Shown here piece by piece: positions 49,751 to 61,055 of a DNA stretch of 64,000 nucleotides. Numbering within the stretch: the stretch's first letter is position 1; each line of letters begins with the position of its first letter. The position numbers and the translations under genes were made by a program. Location: assembly GCA_963805855.1 (NCBI GenBank), contig CAWDVW010000002.1, forward strand, positions 32,001 to 96,000, written 5' to 3'. This stretch comes from Candidatus Dadabacteria bacterium. GTDB taxonomy: Bacteria > Desulfobacterota_D > UBA1144 > Nemesobacterales > CSP1-2. The notes under the pieces were generated by a model that had not been told where the DNA came from, searched no databases, and was given only the letters and a program-made list of their open reading frames with translations.

Positions 49751-50692
49751 TTACGGCAACTTCTTTCCCCTTATATTAGCTCGAATCAGGGAATACTTAG
49801 CGTTTCCTTTTGGAGATTTATGTTCATGATAAATAAGACCCACACCCTTCGCATAAACATCCTTAAACCAGAAAACATCATTTTCAGGAATTGTTACTAT
49901 CAGAAGGTCATAGAACTTACCAGCGGGTGTTGTAAATTCTGTTTTTTCGAAACTCTTTTGAACATCAGGGGTGTAGAATGTCTTTACTTCCTCGTCGGTT
50001 GAGACCAGTATGCCGCCTTCAGGGTCGATCCTCATGCCAACGTTTCTCTTCTCGAAGAAATCATCGAAAATCGACCAGCCGTCGGTTAGCGAAATAATTG
50101 ATTGAGTCTCCTCTTTAACATCTTTTCCAGACTCAATCCTGTATGTCCAAACGTTTCCCTTGTCAATAGGGAGATAATCTGGAAGACCCATGCCCTCAAA
50201 ACCTTTCAGCACATTTGAATATTCGGGGAGCTGCCCCATTCCAACGTGAGAAGGAATAGCAGATGTCTCGGAATCTTCAAAGAACTCGCATTTTAAATTC
50301 GTCACATTCGGATGATCAAGTTTTGCAATTAAATAGTGGGACGAGTTTGCTTTCTCCTTATTAGATCCTTCCTTAGTAAAACCAACCCTGTAACCTATTT
50401 CAACGACATTTTCTTCTTTGTTTTCAACCTCTGAAATATCAATATTATTCCCCTTATTACCTGGTTGAATTATCAGAAAAGCAATCTCTTTATCGAAATC
50501 AACCCTCGGAATTGTTTCCTTAATACCCAGGACACTCCAAATCTTTTGGAGTTGACTTGAGTCTCTGATAACTTGATTCTGGCTATTTTGCTGAATCCCT
50601 GTCGCACCTTTTGAGAGTACGGAGTAGTTCAGATTAGAAGAAAGATTTAAGACTGCAAAAATCATTAATATTAAATTTACGGGCATACACAA
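49751..50692 (-). CDS. Exported hypothetical protein, two-domain
   Basis: Long ORF with N-terminal hydrophobic segment and AGGAGG-like RBS. Contains PRVDFDKE and YLPIDKGNVWTY..TPAGKF..YAKGVG. Confidence 0.7.
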   Translation of the reverse strand: MCMPVNLILMIFAVLNLSSNLNYSVLSKGATGIQQNSQNQVIRDSSQLQKIWSVLGIKETIPRVDFDKEIAFLIIQPGNKGNNIDISEVENKEENVVEIGYRVGFTKEGSNKEKANSSHYLIAKLDHPNVTNLKCEFFEDSETSAIPSHVGMGQLPEYSNVLKGFEGMGLPDYLPIDKGNVWTYRIESGKDVKEETQSIISLTDGWSIFDDFFEKRNVGMRIDPEGGILVSTDEEVKTFYTPDVQKSFEKTEFTTPAGKFYDLLIVTIPENDVFWFKDVYAKGVGLIYHEHKSPKGNAKYSLIRANIRGKKLP

Positions 50693-50804
50693 TCCTCCCT
50701 TTGTCGATGTTAATTATACCGGATAAATCGACTATCTCTTACGAAACATGAATGAATAATGGTATCATTTGATGATAGAAATAACTTATTGATAGGAGCG
50801 TATA

Positions 50805-51236
50805 ATGAAAGAGTTATCCGTTATATTCTTATCCCTTATCCTGACGGTTCTGTTTCTTAATATTGGATATGCCGAAAACGACCAGACAGATTCGGAGACT
50901 AAGCCTCAAATAATCAAGAATATAACTGTTGAAGAGGCCCATACGATTATACAGAATAACGAGAACAGCAATAACGTGGCAATAATTGATGTACGAACAC
51001 CTGAAGAATTCAATCAAGAACATATTCAGGATGCATCGAATATTGATTTTTATTCCGATAATTTCAAAGACGAACTTAACAAGCTTGATAAAACCAGGAC
51101 CTATGTGATACACTGCCGTTCAGGTGGCCGCAGCTCTCAAGCCTTAGACATAATGAGAGAACTCGGGTTCAGAGAAGTCTACAACATGGGCGGTATAATA
51201 CAGTGGAAGGAAAAGGGGTTTCCCACTACCAAATAA
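50805..51236 (+). CDS. Exported rhodanese-like domain protein
   Basis: Signal peptide, IIDVRTPEEF and HCRSGGRS active loop. Confidence 0.9.
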   Translation: MKELSVIFLSLILTVLFLNIGYAENDQTDSETKPQIIKNITVEEAHTIIQNNENSNNVAIIDVRTPEEFNQEHIQDASNIDFYSDNFKDELNKLDKTRTYVIHCRSGGRSSQALDIMRELGFREVYNMGGIIQWKEKGFPTTK

Positions 51237-51240
51237 ATAA

Positions 51241-52542
51241 TCAGTTATCTAGAATCTCGCTTTTGGCATCAGAATTAATATCGATATAGTAGGGTATATC
51301 ATCGGCCTCAAGAGATGCTAATTCATCCGGAAGTTTTCTCTGTCCTAGCGCCGACAGGTCGCCCCATCGGTTTATAAACTGCCCTGCCCTTGATGCATCA
51401 CCCGCCGCAAACAATTCCAAGAGTGTGAAGGTCATTTCTTCTATATCCGTTTCCAATTTTTTTGTATCAATCTCGAATTTATTTGATTTAGCATTAAAAA
51501 CTATTGAGCCATGTTCCTTAAAGTAGCTGTAGGTCAGAAAGGCAGAAGCCGAATCGGGATAGTTATAAAATCTCCCCCTTCTGATATATCTTAGCATCTC
51601 AGCAATACAAACAAGGTAAGCCTTCAATAGACTTTCGCCTTCTAATAGGCTATCCGTAAGGTATCTCATGATATTCAATGAGATTAAATCGGACTTAAGC
51701 TCATACAGGATCAGATATTCCCTCTCGTGCTGGGTCATGACTTTTCCAAGATTATCCTCTCCACAGAAATGTCCTATGTCATGGCCTCGAAGCCATATGA
51801 GCAATAATTCCCCAATCTGTTTATATTCGAGACCCTCAATTACTGAATATCCATCGAGGAGCTGTTTTGCGATAGCCATCGTAATACATTGAAACCTAAG
51901 TATGTACAAATTTATAAAAACGATTAGTTTTGTAAGGGCGGAAGTATTGGCATTATCGGTCCCTGAGAAAAAAACACATATTGGCTTATGCTTCTGATTC
52001 AGCTCACCTGCAAGGGCAAAAACATCAATGCACCTCATATCGGGAAATTCTAATTTATCCGGAAACTCGTCGGCAACGTTCTTAAATGGCAACTTCTTCA
52101 GGCACACTCTAAATTTATTATCATATCCCTTTACGAGGTCGTCATAAATATTATTCGCAACTCCGACAGCTCCAGAGTAAAGTCTAAGATCATTTTTTTC
52201 GTATGAGAATATCTTCCCTAAAATTAAATTTACATATTCTTCCCCATTCCTATTCAACGATAACGAACACAGGTCATAGATTCCCCGGGAAATAGATTCC
52301 GCCTGTCCCAAATAATCAGCCCTCTCAACCTCCGGTAAATTATCACCTCCTCGTCGTAACAAATCTATCATTTGCTGGAAAATTTCGTTTTCAAGTCTTG
52401 TGTTCAATTCTCCAGCTAGCTGGAGATCATGCATGGCCTCAGTCAACCGAAGCACTTGAAGAAAGTAACGGACCGGGGCTTTCGACCCGTCGTCTATTCT
52501 CAATGAAATATCGACAACAGCGGTTATCTTATAGCTATTCAT
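51241..52542 (-). CDS. Dipeptidyl-peptidase III (M49)-like protein with divergent metal motifs
   Basis: GHDIGH and YELKSD occupy the HExxH and EExKAD positions; C-terminal YFKEHG and PYYID. Confidence 0.5.
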   Translation of the reverse strand: MNSYKITAVVDISLRIDDGSKAPVRYFLQVLRLTEAMHDLQLAGELNTRLENEIFQQMIDLLRRGGDNLPEVERADYLGQAESISRGIYDLCSLSLNRNGEEYVNLILGKIFSYEKNDLRLYSGAVGVANNIYDDLVKGYDNKFRVCLKKLPFKNVADEFPDKLEFPDMRCIDVFALAGELNQKHKPICVFFSGTDNANTSALTKLIVFINLYILRFQCITMAIAKQLLDGYSVIEGLEYKQIGELLLIWLRGHDIGHFCGEDNLGKVMTQHEREYLILYELKSDLISLNIMRYLTDSLLEGESLLKAYLVCIAEMLRYIRRGRFYNYPDSASAFLTYSYFKEHGSIVFNAKSNKFEIDTKKLETDIEEMTFTLLELFAAGDASRAGQFINRWGDLSALGQRKLPDELASLEADDIPYYIDINSDAKSEILDN

Positions 52543-52572
52543 AAAATTTCGATTAACTTATAAAAGAAGATA

Positions 52573-54132
52573 CTAGAAATCTTGATGCTCTTTCCTTACC
52601 AGGTCCAGTATCGTTTTTACAGGATTGAACGTCACAATAGGCACTTCTATCAATATCGTGATCCAGTTTGCCATCGATCCATTCCAGAGACCAGGAAGCT
52701 CAAGTGCTTTTAAGTAGTTGCCGTCCTTGGATCTTGTCGATATAAAAGCGTTCGAGGGATCCCGAAAGGCCCTTAAATCAAACTGTCTACCTTTGTAATC
52801 TCTGACCCCGCACACTATATCAACCGGGTTAAAATGAGTCGATGATTCCCATATTTTCTTCTGCTCAGGGTTTTCCATATCAACTTGTGATGATTCCACA
52901 ATTTGCAAGGAAAGTGTACCGTCACCGTGTTGAACCCAGAAAGGGCCACCCCCGGGCTCACCCTGATTTTTAACAACCCCACAAATTCTTATCGGTCGAT
53001 TTAGTTTTGAAAATATAAAGTTCTTCATTTTGTCTCTGGAAAGCTTTTCAAAATCGTCTGGCACAAATATAGAAAGCTTTTCCTTTAAAAATCGCACTAT
53101 ATTCCCCATCATTTTCTGATCCAAATCGTTACGAGCGATTATTCCAAGATAATAAAAAATCTCTTTTTGTAATTCAATCAAATAACCAGCCAGGGCCTTT
53201 TTATAAAAATAAATCTCATCTTTAAACGTATCAGGAACCACGTTATCTATGTTCTTTATAAAAATAATATCCCCTCTGAGATCATTGAGGATTTCCAGGA
53301 GGGCACCATGACCTGCTGCCCGAAATAAAAGTTTATTGTCTTCCGCTCTAAAAGGTTTGTTATCCAAATCGACAGCAATAGTATCAGTTGAAGATCTTTG
53401 GATAGAAAAGGCAATATCAAGCGTGACCTCTTCATTCTCATATCTAGTCCTTACGTTTTCTAAATGGTCACCTATTCGCCTCTCATGCTCCTCTGCGACA
53501 GTAAAATGAACTCTGGCAATCCCACTCTTATCCCTTACATAAGCAGCAGCCTCGACGAGATGCTCTTCAAAAGGTGTTCGAGAGTGGTCGGCGTATCGGT
53601 GAAATTTGATCAGACCCTTGGGAAGATTCCCATAGTTCAATCCCCTGGGGGTTAGCATATATTCCATTATCTCTTTAAACTGTCCTTTTGATATATGATC
53701 TTCTACATCCTTTCCGTTAGCTTTCATTTCAGATTTTAAGTCCTCATAGAAAGCGAACCTCTTTAGATTTTCGATGAAATTCAGGAAGGATTGATGAGCA
53801 ATATCACCCTTTTCAGCCTCAGCTCTGATAATCTTATGGTCAATTTCATCATAATGATTGTAAAAGGAATGCGGCAATCTGAACATACGACTCGCTTCAC
53901 CGGACGCCGGAACAAATTTCATCAATTCCCTTTCCGCGGGTGCGCCTGCAAAAATGCCCGCCAGTCTTTCAAGCTCGTATTCATTTATTTTGAGGATACC
54001 ATCGCCAATCGTGGCAGGGCGATTCAGAATCGTAAACGGCAATCCTTTTCTAAAAGTCTCGATTTGCAACATGACTCTATCAAGAGTTAATCCGTGGGAC
54101 TCAATCTGTTTTATGTCATCTTCAGAAAACAT
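52573..54132 (-). CDS. DUF4301 family protein
   Basis: KFVPASGEASRMF, FIKNIDNV, GEPGGGPFW, THFNPVD and LELPGLWNGSMA motifs. Confidence 0.88.
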   Translation of the reverse strand: MFSEDDIKQIESHGLTLDRVMLQIETFRKGLPFTILNRPATIGDGILKINEYELERLAGIFAGAPAERELMKFVPASGEASRMFRLPHSFYNHYDEIDHKIIRAEAEKGDIAHQSFLNFIENLKRFAFYEDLKSEMKANGKDVEDHISKGQFKEIMEYMLTPRGLNYGNLPKGLIKFHRYADHSRTPFEEHLVEAAAYVRDKSGIARVHFTVAEEHERRIGDHLENVRTRYENEEVTLDIAFSIQRSSTDTIAVDLDNKPFRAEDNKLLFRAAGHGALLEILNDLRGDIIFIKNIDNVVPDTFKDEIYFYKKALAGYLIELQKEIFYYLGIIARNDLDQKMMGNIVRFLKEKLSIFVPDDFEKLSRDKMKNFIFSKLNRPIRICGVVKNQGEPGGGPFWVQHGDGTLSLQIVESSQVDMENPEQKKIWESSTHFNPVDIVCGVRDYKGRQFDLRAFRDPSNAFISTRSKDGNYLKALELPGLWNGSMANWITILIEVPIVTFNPVKTILDLVRKEHQDF

Positions 54133-54587
54133 TAGCTCACCTATAATCCATATCCCTCTTGGCCGCTAAAAACGCTACAAAGGTTAGAGATTTTTCAAGT
54201 CTAACCCTATTCAATCTAGATAAGTATACATAACCGATATGAAGTTTCTTTAATTTTGAACCTAGTGTAGATTTCACATTCTAACTCTCTTAATATCTCC
54301 TTCGACTGGCCCAAGGAGTCAAGGACAGGCTAGCCGCGAATAGACATGTAGCGGAGGACTTCAGTCCTCCACTTATCTTCGAATCGATAACGAAAAGAGA
54401 GAACAAGAAAGAGGAAGGACCTGATACCGGAAGTCTGACAGATAATTCGCGAAATAGCGAGGGAGAGCAACAAAAAGAAAAATAACTCATTTACTCACGC
54501 CTGACCCCATCTACTAAAGTCGGTTTTAAGAGTGAAGAAAACGCCACACCGGCTGATTTAACTTCCTCATATCACACAAGTATTGTA

Positions 54588-54666
54588 TGGCGGGGCCGAC
54601 GGGACTTGAACCCGCGACCTCTGGCTTGACAGGCCAGCGTTCTAAACCGGACTGAACTACGGCCCC
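54588..54666 (-). tRNA. tRNA-Asp(GTC)
   Basis: GGGGCCGTAGTTCAG...CT-GTC-AA...GTTCAAGTCC...GCCA. Confidence 0.95.
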
Positions 54667-54675
54667 CCATTCAAC

Positions 54676-54752
54676 GGATACATGATGCATGATGCAGGAT
54701 ACATGATAAAGAATGAAACAGAATCATTTACCCTGCATCGTGTATCGTGCAT
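54676..54752. repeat. Degenerate heptamer repeats in inverted arrangement between tRNA-Val and tRNA-Asp
   Basis: catgatg catgatg caggata catgata facing ctgcatc gtgtatc gtgcat. Confidence 0.7.
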
Positions 54753-54753
54753 G

Positions 54754-54828
54754 TGGTGGGCGGTACCGGTTTCGAACCAGTGACCTCTTGCTTGTAAGGC
54801 AAGCGCTCTCCCGCTGAGCTAACCGCCC
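54754..54828 (-). tRNA. tRNA-Val(TAC)
   Basis: GGGCGGTTAGCTCAG...CT-TAC-AA...GTTCGAAACC...ACCA. Confidence 0.95.
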
Positions 54829-55002
54829 AAAAACAACCTATTTAATATATGCAATATCTCCTAATTTAAAAGGGCTTATTCTTATAACTGAAAATCCCCA
54901 CTTTGTCTAACACTTTACCTGAGAGGAGAAAGATTATATTCATTTTCGCCGAATCAGAGCCTTTCTCGAATTTTAATAAATTCGGACTTCCCTCTAAACA
55001 GA

Positions 55003-55037
55003 AACTCCCTCTTTGTTTTCCAAACAAAGAGGGAGTT
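55003..55037 (-). terminator. 16-bp perfect hairpin downstream of lon (terminator or REP)
   Basis: aactccctctttgttt-tcc-aaacaaagagggagtt. Confidence 0.6.
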
Positions 55038-55068
55038 CAGAAATTATCTCGTAGTAAATCAATTTCCC

Positions 55069-57507
55069 TTACGACAGATTTACATTGGGCCTGACCTCAC
55101 CCTGCGGTATAGTGGTCGGCGGCGGCACGACGATATCGTGAAGTATCGGCTCCTCTGATATTATCGCCTCTCTTAGAACCTCGTCCATGTGCTCTACCAT
55201 CGTTAGCTCTACGTCCTTCAATATATTAGTGCGTATGTCCCTGAGATCGTTCTCGTTCTCCTTTGGTATTATCACCTTCTTCACCCTTCCCCTGTGCGCT
55301 GCCAGGATCTTCTCCTTCAACCCGCCTATCGGTAACACCCTCCCCCTTAACGTTATCTCTCCTGTCATCGCTATATCATGACTTATTGGCTTCTTCACCA
55401 ATGCACTCACTATCGCCGTCGCTATCGCTATTCCCGCTGATGGCCCATCCTTCGGCGTCGCTCCCTCCGGTACGTGTATATGTATATCCACCTTCTGATA
55501 AAATAACCTCTCCAACCCCAGCTTCTCCGCCCTACTCCTTACATAACTCATCGCCGCCTGCGCACTCTCCTGCATCACCTCTCCTAACTTCCCTGTCACC
55601 GTAAACGTTCCCTTCCCAGGCACTATCGATACCTCTATCGTTAATAACTCTCCCCCTACCTCTGTCCATGCCAGCCCAGTTGCTATCCCTACCTGGTCCC
55701 TCTCCTCTATCTCCCCATACTTGAACTTCGGTACCCCTAAGTACCTCTGCCCCTGTATATTATTCGAATTTATCCTTACCCCATGCTCTACCCCCTTCTT
55801 CACTACCTCCTTTGCCACCTTCCTGCACAACGTCGCCAACTCCCTCTCCAATGTCCTTACTCCTGCCTCCCTCGTATACCTCCTTATCACAGCCAATAAC
55901 CCACTGTCCGTTATCCCTATGTTCTTACCCTTCAGCCCATGCGCCTCTATCTGCTTCGGTATCAAAAACCTCTTCGCTATCTCTACCTTCTCGTCCTCCG
56001 TATACCCAGGCAACCTTATTATCTCCATCCTGTCCTGCAGCGCCCACGGTATTGTGTGCAATACATTCGCCGTCGTTATGAAAAATACATTCGATAAATC
56101 ATAATCTACCTCTATATAATGATCATTGAATGTCTTGTTCTGCTCGGGGTCCAATCCCTCTAGCAATGCCGACGCCGGATCCCCCCTGAAATCCACTCCA
56201 AGCTTGTCTATCTCATCCAATAAAAATACCGGGTTCACCGTCCCCGCCTTCCTCATCCCCTGTATGATCTTCCCAGGCAATGCTCCTATATACGTCCTCC
56301 TGTGCCCCCTTATCTCCGCCTCATCTCTAACTCCTCCAAGAGATACCCTCACGAACTTCCTGCCCATCGCCCTCGCTATAGACTTCGCCAACGATGTCTT
56401 CCCTACTCCGGGCGGCCCCACAAAACACAGTATCGGCCCCCTCAGCTTCTTCGTTAGTGCCCTCACCGCCAAATACTCTATTATCCTCTCCTTCGGCTTC
56501 TCCAACCCATAGTGATCCTCATCCAGTATCTTCCCTGCCTCCTCTATATCCAGACTGTCCTCTGTCATCTCATTTGTCCACGGTAGCCCCAAAAGCCACT
56601 CTATATAGTTCCTAACCACAGTAGCCTCTGCCGACATCGGCGACATCATCTTGAGCTTCTTTAGCTCCCTCTTCACCTTCTGCTCAACCTCTTCCGGTAA
56701 TACCTTCTTCTTCAGCTTCTCCTCAAACTCCTGTATCTCCGACTTCAGATCGTCCTTCTCTCCCAGTTCCTTCTGTATAGCCCTCATTTGCTCAGTAAGA
56801 TAGTATTCCTTCTGGGCCTTTTCCATCTGCTTTTTCACCCTTGTCCTGATGCGCTTCTCTATCTGAAGAATTTCGACCTCTGACTGAATCTTTTCGTATA
56901 GCTTCTCGAGCCTCTCGGCTGGGTTGAGTGTCTCCAGTATCTCCTGCTTATCCTCAAGCTTCAGACCAAGATGCGATGCAATAGTATCCGCAAGACGATT
57001 CGGCTCCTGAATCGACGAGACTGTGACCAATACCTCGGAGGGAATCTTCTTATTGAGCTTCACATAGTTCTCAAAAGCCGTGACAATTGTACGCATGAGA
57101 GCTTCGCTCTCAACACCGAGTTTCCCCTCGTCGGTCAGCACCTCAGCGTCAACCAGGAAAAAGCCGGGATTGGGAACATAACTTATGATCTTTGCCCTTT
57201 TCTTTCCCTCGATCAGTACCTTGACGGTCCCATCTGGCAGACGGAGCATCTGAACTATGGTCCCGACAGTGCCAATCCTGTAAATATCCTCTTCTTTAGG
57301 ATCGTTTGTGTTTGCATCCTTTTGAGCAGCGAGAAGTATCTCCTTCTCCTTCTTCATCGCCTCTTCGAGGGCGCGTATAGACTTCTCACGACCCACAAAA
57401 AGCGGCGCTACCATATAAGGGAAAATTACAACATCCCTGAGGGGTAGAAGTGTAATCTTAATTACTTCTTGTTTTTTTTCATCATCAATTTTAAAGAACA
57501 TTGGCAT
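55069..57507 (-). CDS. lon: ATP-dependent Lon protease
   Basis: [27 protein letters not shown] and PIGGLKEK motifs. Confidence 0.97.
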   Translation of the reverse strand: MPMFFKIDDEKKQEVIKITLLPLRDVVIFPYMVAPLFVGREKSIRALEEAMKKEKEILLAAQKDANTNDPKEEDIYRIGTVGTIVQMLRLPDGTVKVLIEGKKRAKIISYVPNPGFFLVDAEVLTDEGKLGVESEALMRTIVTAFENYVKLNKKIPSEVLVTVSSIQEPNRLADTIASHLGLKLEDKQEILETLNPAERLEKLYEKIQSEVEILQIEKRIRTRVKKQMEKAQKEYYLTEQMRAIQKELGEKDDLKSEIQEFEEKLKKKVLPEEVEQKVKRELKKLKMMSPMSAEATVVRNYIEWLLGLPWTNEMTEDSLDIEEAGKILDEDHYGLEKPKERIIEYLAVRALTKKLRGPILCFVGPPGVGKTSLAKSIARAMGRKFVRVSLGGVRDEAEIRGHRRTYIGALPGKIIQGMRKAGTVNPVFLLDEIDKLGVDFRGDPASALLEGLDPEQNKTFNDHYIEVDYDLSNVFFITTANVLHTIPWALQDRMEIIRLPGYTEDEKVEIAKRFLIPKQIEAHGLKGKNIGITDSGLLAVIRRYTREAGVRTLERELATLCRKVAKEVVKKGVEHGVRINSNNIQGQRYLGVPKFKYGEIEERDQVGIATGLAWTEVGGELLTIEVSIVPGKGTFTVTGKLGEVMQESAQAAMSYVRSRAEKLGLERLFYQKVDIHIHVPEGATPKDGPSAGIAIATAIVSALVKKPISHDIAMTGEITLRGRVLPIGGLKEKILAAHRGRVKKVIIPKENENDLRDIRTNILKDVELTMVEHMDEVLREAIISEEPILHDIVVPPPTTIPQGEVRPNVNLS

Positions 57508-57540
57508 TCTTCACCCCCTAAGTGACTTAGTACGCAAAAT

Positions 57541-58815
57541 CTATGTCCCCAACCGCCTCTCTTCTTCATAGAAGAACAAAGGAGTCGCTGTACCGTGGAT
57601 CACCTCCTCCGTTATGATGCATCGCCTAAGACCATTTAACGAAGGAACCTCATATGAGATATCGAGCATAATTGATTCTATAATTGCTCGAAGACCCCTC
57701 GCACCAGTCTTTCTCTTAATTGCCTCCTTAGAGATGGCCTTGAGTGCACCCTCCGTAACTTCTAACTCAACACCCTCCAGTTCCATCAGCTTCTGGAACT
57801 GCTTAATAACCGCGTTTTTCGGCTTTGTAAGAATCTCAAGGAAGGTTCTTTCATCCAGCTCTTCAAGAGTAGCTACAACCGGAATCCTACCAACAAATTC
57901 AGGTATCAAACCGTAATGAATGAGATCTTCCGGTTGAACCTCTTTCAGTAACAGCCCTAAATCCTTTTCCACATTGTTGCCTATATTAGCCTCAAAACCT
58001 ATAGACTTTTCTCCTATTCTCCTCGCTATCAAGTCCTCAAGCCCACAAAATGCTCCTCCGCAAATAAATAGTATATTTGTCGTATCTATATGAATAAACT
58101 CCTGCTGTGGATGTTTTCTTCCGCCCTTCGGAGGAACATTTGCCTTGGTCCCTTCCATAATTTTTAAAAGAGCCTGCTGAACACCCTCGCCCGATACATC
58201 CCTCGTAATCGAAGGGCTATCGCCCGTCTTGCGGGCAAGCTTATCAATTTCGTCGATGTAGATTATCCCCTTTGAGGCCTTTTCTATATCATAATCAGCA
58301 GCCTGGAGAAGGCTTACAATCATATTCTCAACGTCCTCTCCGACATAACCAGCCTCGGTATAACATGTAGCATCGACAATAGTAAAGGGCACATCGAGAA
58401 ACTTTGCCAGAGTTTGAGCCAATAACGTTTTTCCACAGCCAGTGGGACCAATATTCAGTATATTACTCTTTTGGATCTCAACATCCTTACTTCTCTTCCC
58501 ACTGAATGCGGTATGCTCGACCCTCTTATAATGATTATAAACCGCAACAGCTAATACCTTTTTTGCCCTCTCCTGCCCGATGACATATTCGTCTAAAAAG
58601 CTCTTTATTTGGGAAGGCGTTGGTAGAGCCGAATAGCGTTTCTTAAGTTGTCCCTCTTTAGCCTCTTCATCCGCGATTATCTCGTTGCATAGTTCGATGC
58701 ACTCGTTACAGATATATACCGTCGGACCTGCGATCAGCTTCCTAACTTCTTTTTGGCTCTTGCCGCAGAACGAGCAAAAAAGCTTACCTTCTTTTCCGTC
58801 ACGCCTGGTAGTCAC
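57541..58815 (-). CDS. clpX: ClpX ATPase
   Basis: CSFCGK zinc finger, GPTGCGKT and IGF loop. Confidence 0.97.
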   Translation of the reverse strand: MTTRRDGKEGKLFCSFCGKSQKEVRKLIAGPTVYICNECIELCNEIIADEEAKEGQLKKRYSALPTPSQIKSFLDEYVIGQERAKKVLAVAVYNHYKRVEHTAFSGKRSKDVEIQKSNILNIGPTGCGKTLLAQTLAKFLDVPFTIVDATCYTEAGYVGEDVENMIVSLLQAADYDIEKASKGIIYIDEIDKLARKTGDSPSITRDVSGEGVQQALLKIMEGTKANVPPKGGRKHPQQEFIHIDTTNILFICGGAFCGLEDLIARRIGEKSIGFEANIGNNVEKDLGLLLKEVQPEDLIHYGLIPEFVGRIPVVATLEELDERTFLEILTKPKNAVIKQFQKLMELEGVELEVTEGALKAISKEAIKRKTGARGLRAIIESIMLDISYEVPSLNGLRRCIITEEVIHGTATPLFFYEEERRLGT

Positions 58816-59411
58816 TTTATAGCCTCCTGCCTATTAGTTATTATAGCATCCACTATGCCATATTCACAGGCATCTTTAGCCGTCAGAAAAAAATCCCTTT
58901 CTGTATCCCTTTCAATCTTGTCTATGGGCTGACCTGTGTGCTCGGCGAGTATGTGATTTAATTCTTGGCGAACCCTCAAAATCTCTCTTGCATGTATATC
59001 GATTTCAGTAGCTTGCCCCTCAAACCCACCTAAGACCTGATGTAACAATACACGTGCGTGTGGAAGAGCATATCTTTTTCCCTTGGTTCCTGCCGCGAGA
59101 AGTACTGCACCCATGCTGGCGGCTTGCCCGATACACATAGTCGCCACATGTGGCTTTATGTATTGTATAGTGTCATATATTGCAAGACCCGCTGTGACGT
59201 GCCCGCCCGGGGAATTTACGTACAGATAAATATCCTTCTCGGGATTCTCCGACTCCAGGACCAGAAGCTGAGCTATTACGGTATCGGCAACCGCGTCTGT
59301 AATTGGTGATCCCAAAAAAACTATTCTATCTTTTAGGAGTCGAGAAAAGATATCGTATGCCCGTTCACCCCTACTGGTCTGCTCAATAACGATGGGCATA
59401 AAATTGGTCAT
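58812..59411 (-). CDS. clpP: ClpP protease
   Basis: [17 protein letters not shown] and AASMG motifs. Confidence 0.97.
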   Translation of the reverse strand: MTNFMPIVIEQTSRGERAYDIFSRLLKDRIVFLGSPITDAVADTVIAQLLVLESENPEKDIYLYVNSPGGHVTAGLAIYDTIQYIKPHVATMCIGQAASMGAVLLAAGTKGKRYALPHARVLLHQVLGGFEGQATEIDIHAREILRVRQELNHILAEHTGQPIDKIERDTERDFFLTAKDACEYGIVDAIITNRQEAIK

Positions 59412-59434
59412 ATCGTAGTTTTATTATACAGATA

Positions 59435-60739
59435 CTAACTTTTATTGTCAATTTGATTCTTTTCCCCTAAGACCTCTTCTATCCTTGCTTTTTCGATTAG
59501 AAAATCGACCACTTTCTCTTCGAGAATGCTTTCCCGTAACCCGTCGAGCATACTGTTTGATCGATAGGCTTCCCTCACCTGCTCATAAGGGACATCGAAC
59601 GATTTGGAAATTTCCGACAGTCTTCTGTCAACCTCGCCACTGGTGACATCTATTCCCTCCTTTTTTGCGATTGCCCCAAGAACAATGGATGACTTAACGT
59701 TAACACTAGCCCTATCAGTGATCGACTTTTCAGCCTTTTCATCGAATTTAGGAACCCTGAGCCCCTGTCTCTGGAGATTAAACAGAAATTCGCGCTTAAG
59801 CCTCATAGATTCTTCTTCAACCAAACTATTAGGAATATCAAAGGCCTTGTTCTCGATAAGTTTATTGATGAGATCTGTTCTTAACTTATTACTGGAATCT
59901 GCTTGGTGCCTCTTTTCCAAATCTTCTCGAATCTTTTTTTTCAACGATTCAAGGTTCTCTTCGCCGAGATCCTTTGCAAATTCATCATCCAGATTTGGCA
60001 AGATCCTCTCCAGTATATCCTTCAATCGCAATTCAAAATTGACCGTTTTCCCAGCAGCCTCACGTACCTGAAAATCCTCACCGTACGATACATCAAAGTT
60101 CTTTACTTCCCCTTTTTTCAACCCGATTATAGCGTCTTCAAACTCTGGAATTAATTGACCCTCTCCGAGTACAAACTGAACATCTGATTTTTTAAGATCT
60201 TCTAATGACTTTCCTTCAAGGGTTCCTTCATAATCAATCATTACAACATCACCTTTTGCAGCCTCCCTGTCATTTTCAATTGGCTTAGCATCTGCAGAAC
60301 GGTTTCTGAGTCGATCCAGTACAATGCTCACCTCGTCTTCTTCGACTTCCACCTTTTCCCTCTTTAGTTCAATACCGATATAATCATCAAGCTCAAAATC
60401 CGGGATTATCTCAAAGACCGCGGAATAGTGAAATTCTTTGTCAGTCTCTACCTTGTCCGTAGTCAAATTGGGCCGGGATACCGGAGTCACAGAAGCTTCC
60501 TGAAGCGCTTCTTGAAAAGAATCGGAAACCAATCTGGACGAAACCTCATTAAATATCTGCTTTCCATATACTGATTCTATGACCCTTCTAGGAACCTTTC
60601 CGGGGCGAAATCCCCTAACCTTCGCAGATTTTTGGAATTCCCTAAATACCTCTTCTAACTTCTCTTTCACCAGTTCAGGTTGAAGAAAGACATCGAGCTT
60701 TCTTTCGGTACTGCTGAGCGTTTCTAAATTTACTTTCAT
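59435..60739 (-). CDS. tig: Trigger factor
   Basis: GFRPGKVP ribosome-binding motif and FKBP domain; located upstream of clpP. Confidence 0.95.
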   Translation of the reverse strand: MKVNLETLSSTERKLDVFLQPELVKEKLEEVFREFQKSAKVRGFRPGKVPRRVIESVYGKQIFNEVSSRLVSDSFQEALQEASVTPVSRPNLTTDKVETDKEFHYSAVFEIIPDFELDDYIGIELKREKVEVEEDEVSIVLDRLRNRSADAKPIENDREAAKGDVVMIDYEGTLEGKSLEDLKKSDVQFVLGEGQLIPEFEDAIIGLKKGEVKNFDVSYGEDFQVREAAGKTVNFELRLKDILERILPNLDDEFAKDLGEENLESLKKKIREDLEKRHQADSSNKLRTDLINKLIENKAFDIPNSLVEEESMRLKREFLFNLQRQGLRVPKFDEKAEKSITDRASVNVKSSIVLGAIAKKEGIDVTSGEVDRRLSEISKSFDVPYEQVREAYRSNSMLDGLRESILEEKVVDFLIEKARIEEVLGEKNQIDNKS

Positions 60740-60809
60740 GGGGATTGATCCTCTTCCGATTTATTTTGTTGTCGAAAAATCCAATCATCTAGTCATACAC
60801 AAACTATCG

Positions 60810-60887
60810 TGCATCCTGCATCGTACATCCTACATACTGTATCCTGTATCATGGATCTTGCATCATGCATCCGGCATCCTGTACATA
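60810..60887. repeat. Tandem degenerate heptamer array (about 11 x TGCATCC)
   Basis: tgcatcc tgcatcg tacatcc tacatac tgtatcc tgtatca tggatct tgcatca tgcatcc ggcatcc. Confidence 0.8.
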
Positions 60888-60892
60888 AAACT

Positions 60893-60975
60893 TGCGAGAG
60901 GGGGGAGTTGAACCCCCATGAGCAAAGCTCACTGGATCCTAAGTCCAGCGCGTCTGCCAGTTCCGCCACTCTCGC
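60893..60975 (-). tRNA. tRNA-Leu(TAG), CCA not encoded
   Basis: GCGAGAGTGGCGGAACTGGCAGAC...CT-TAG-GA, long variable arm; typical position upstream of tig. Confidence 0.93.
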
Positions 60976-60981
60976 TGTGTA

Positions 60982-61055
60982 TGGGCTGCGAGGGAATCGA
61001 ACCCCCGACCCGGTGATTAAGAGTCACCTGCTCTACCTAGCTGAGCTAGCAGCCC
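60982..61055 (-). tRNA. tRNA-Lys(CTT), CCA not encoded
   Basis: GGGCTGCTAGCTCAG...CT-CTT-AA...GTTCGATTCC..GCAGCCCA. Confidence 0.93.

Noticed and set aside
55187-56615. Ser/Pro/Leu-rich plus-strand ORFs antisense to lon
   Set aside because: They are by-products of the purine-biased codon usage of lon.
49270-61055. tRNA-anchored prophage or integrative island
   Set aside because: I found no integrase, phage genes or duplicated tRNA 3' ends.
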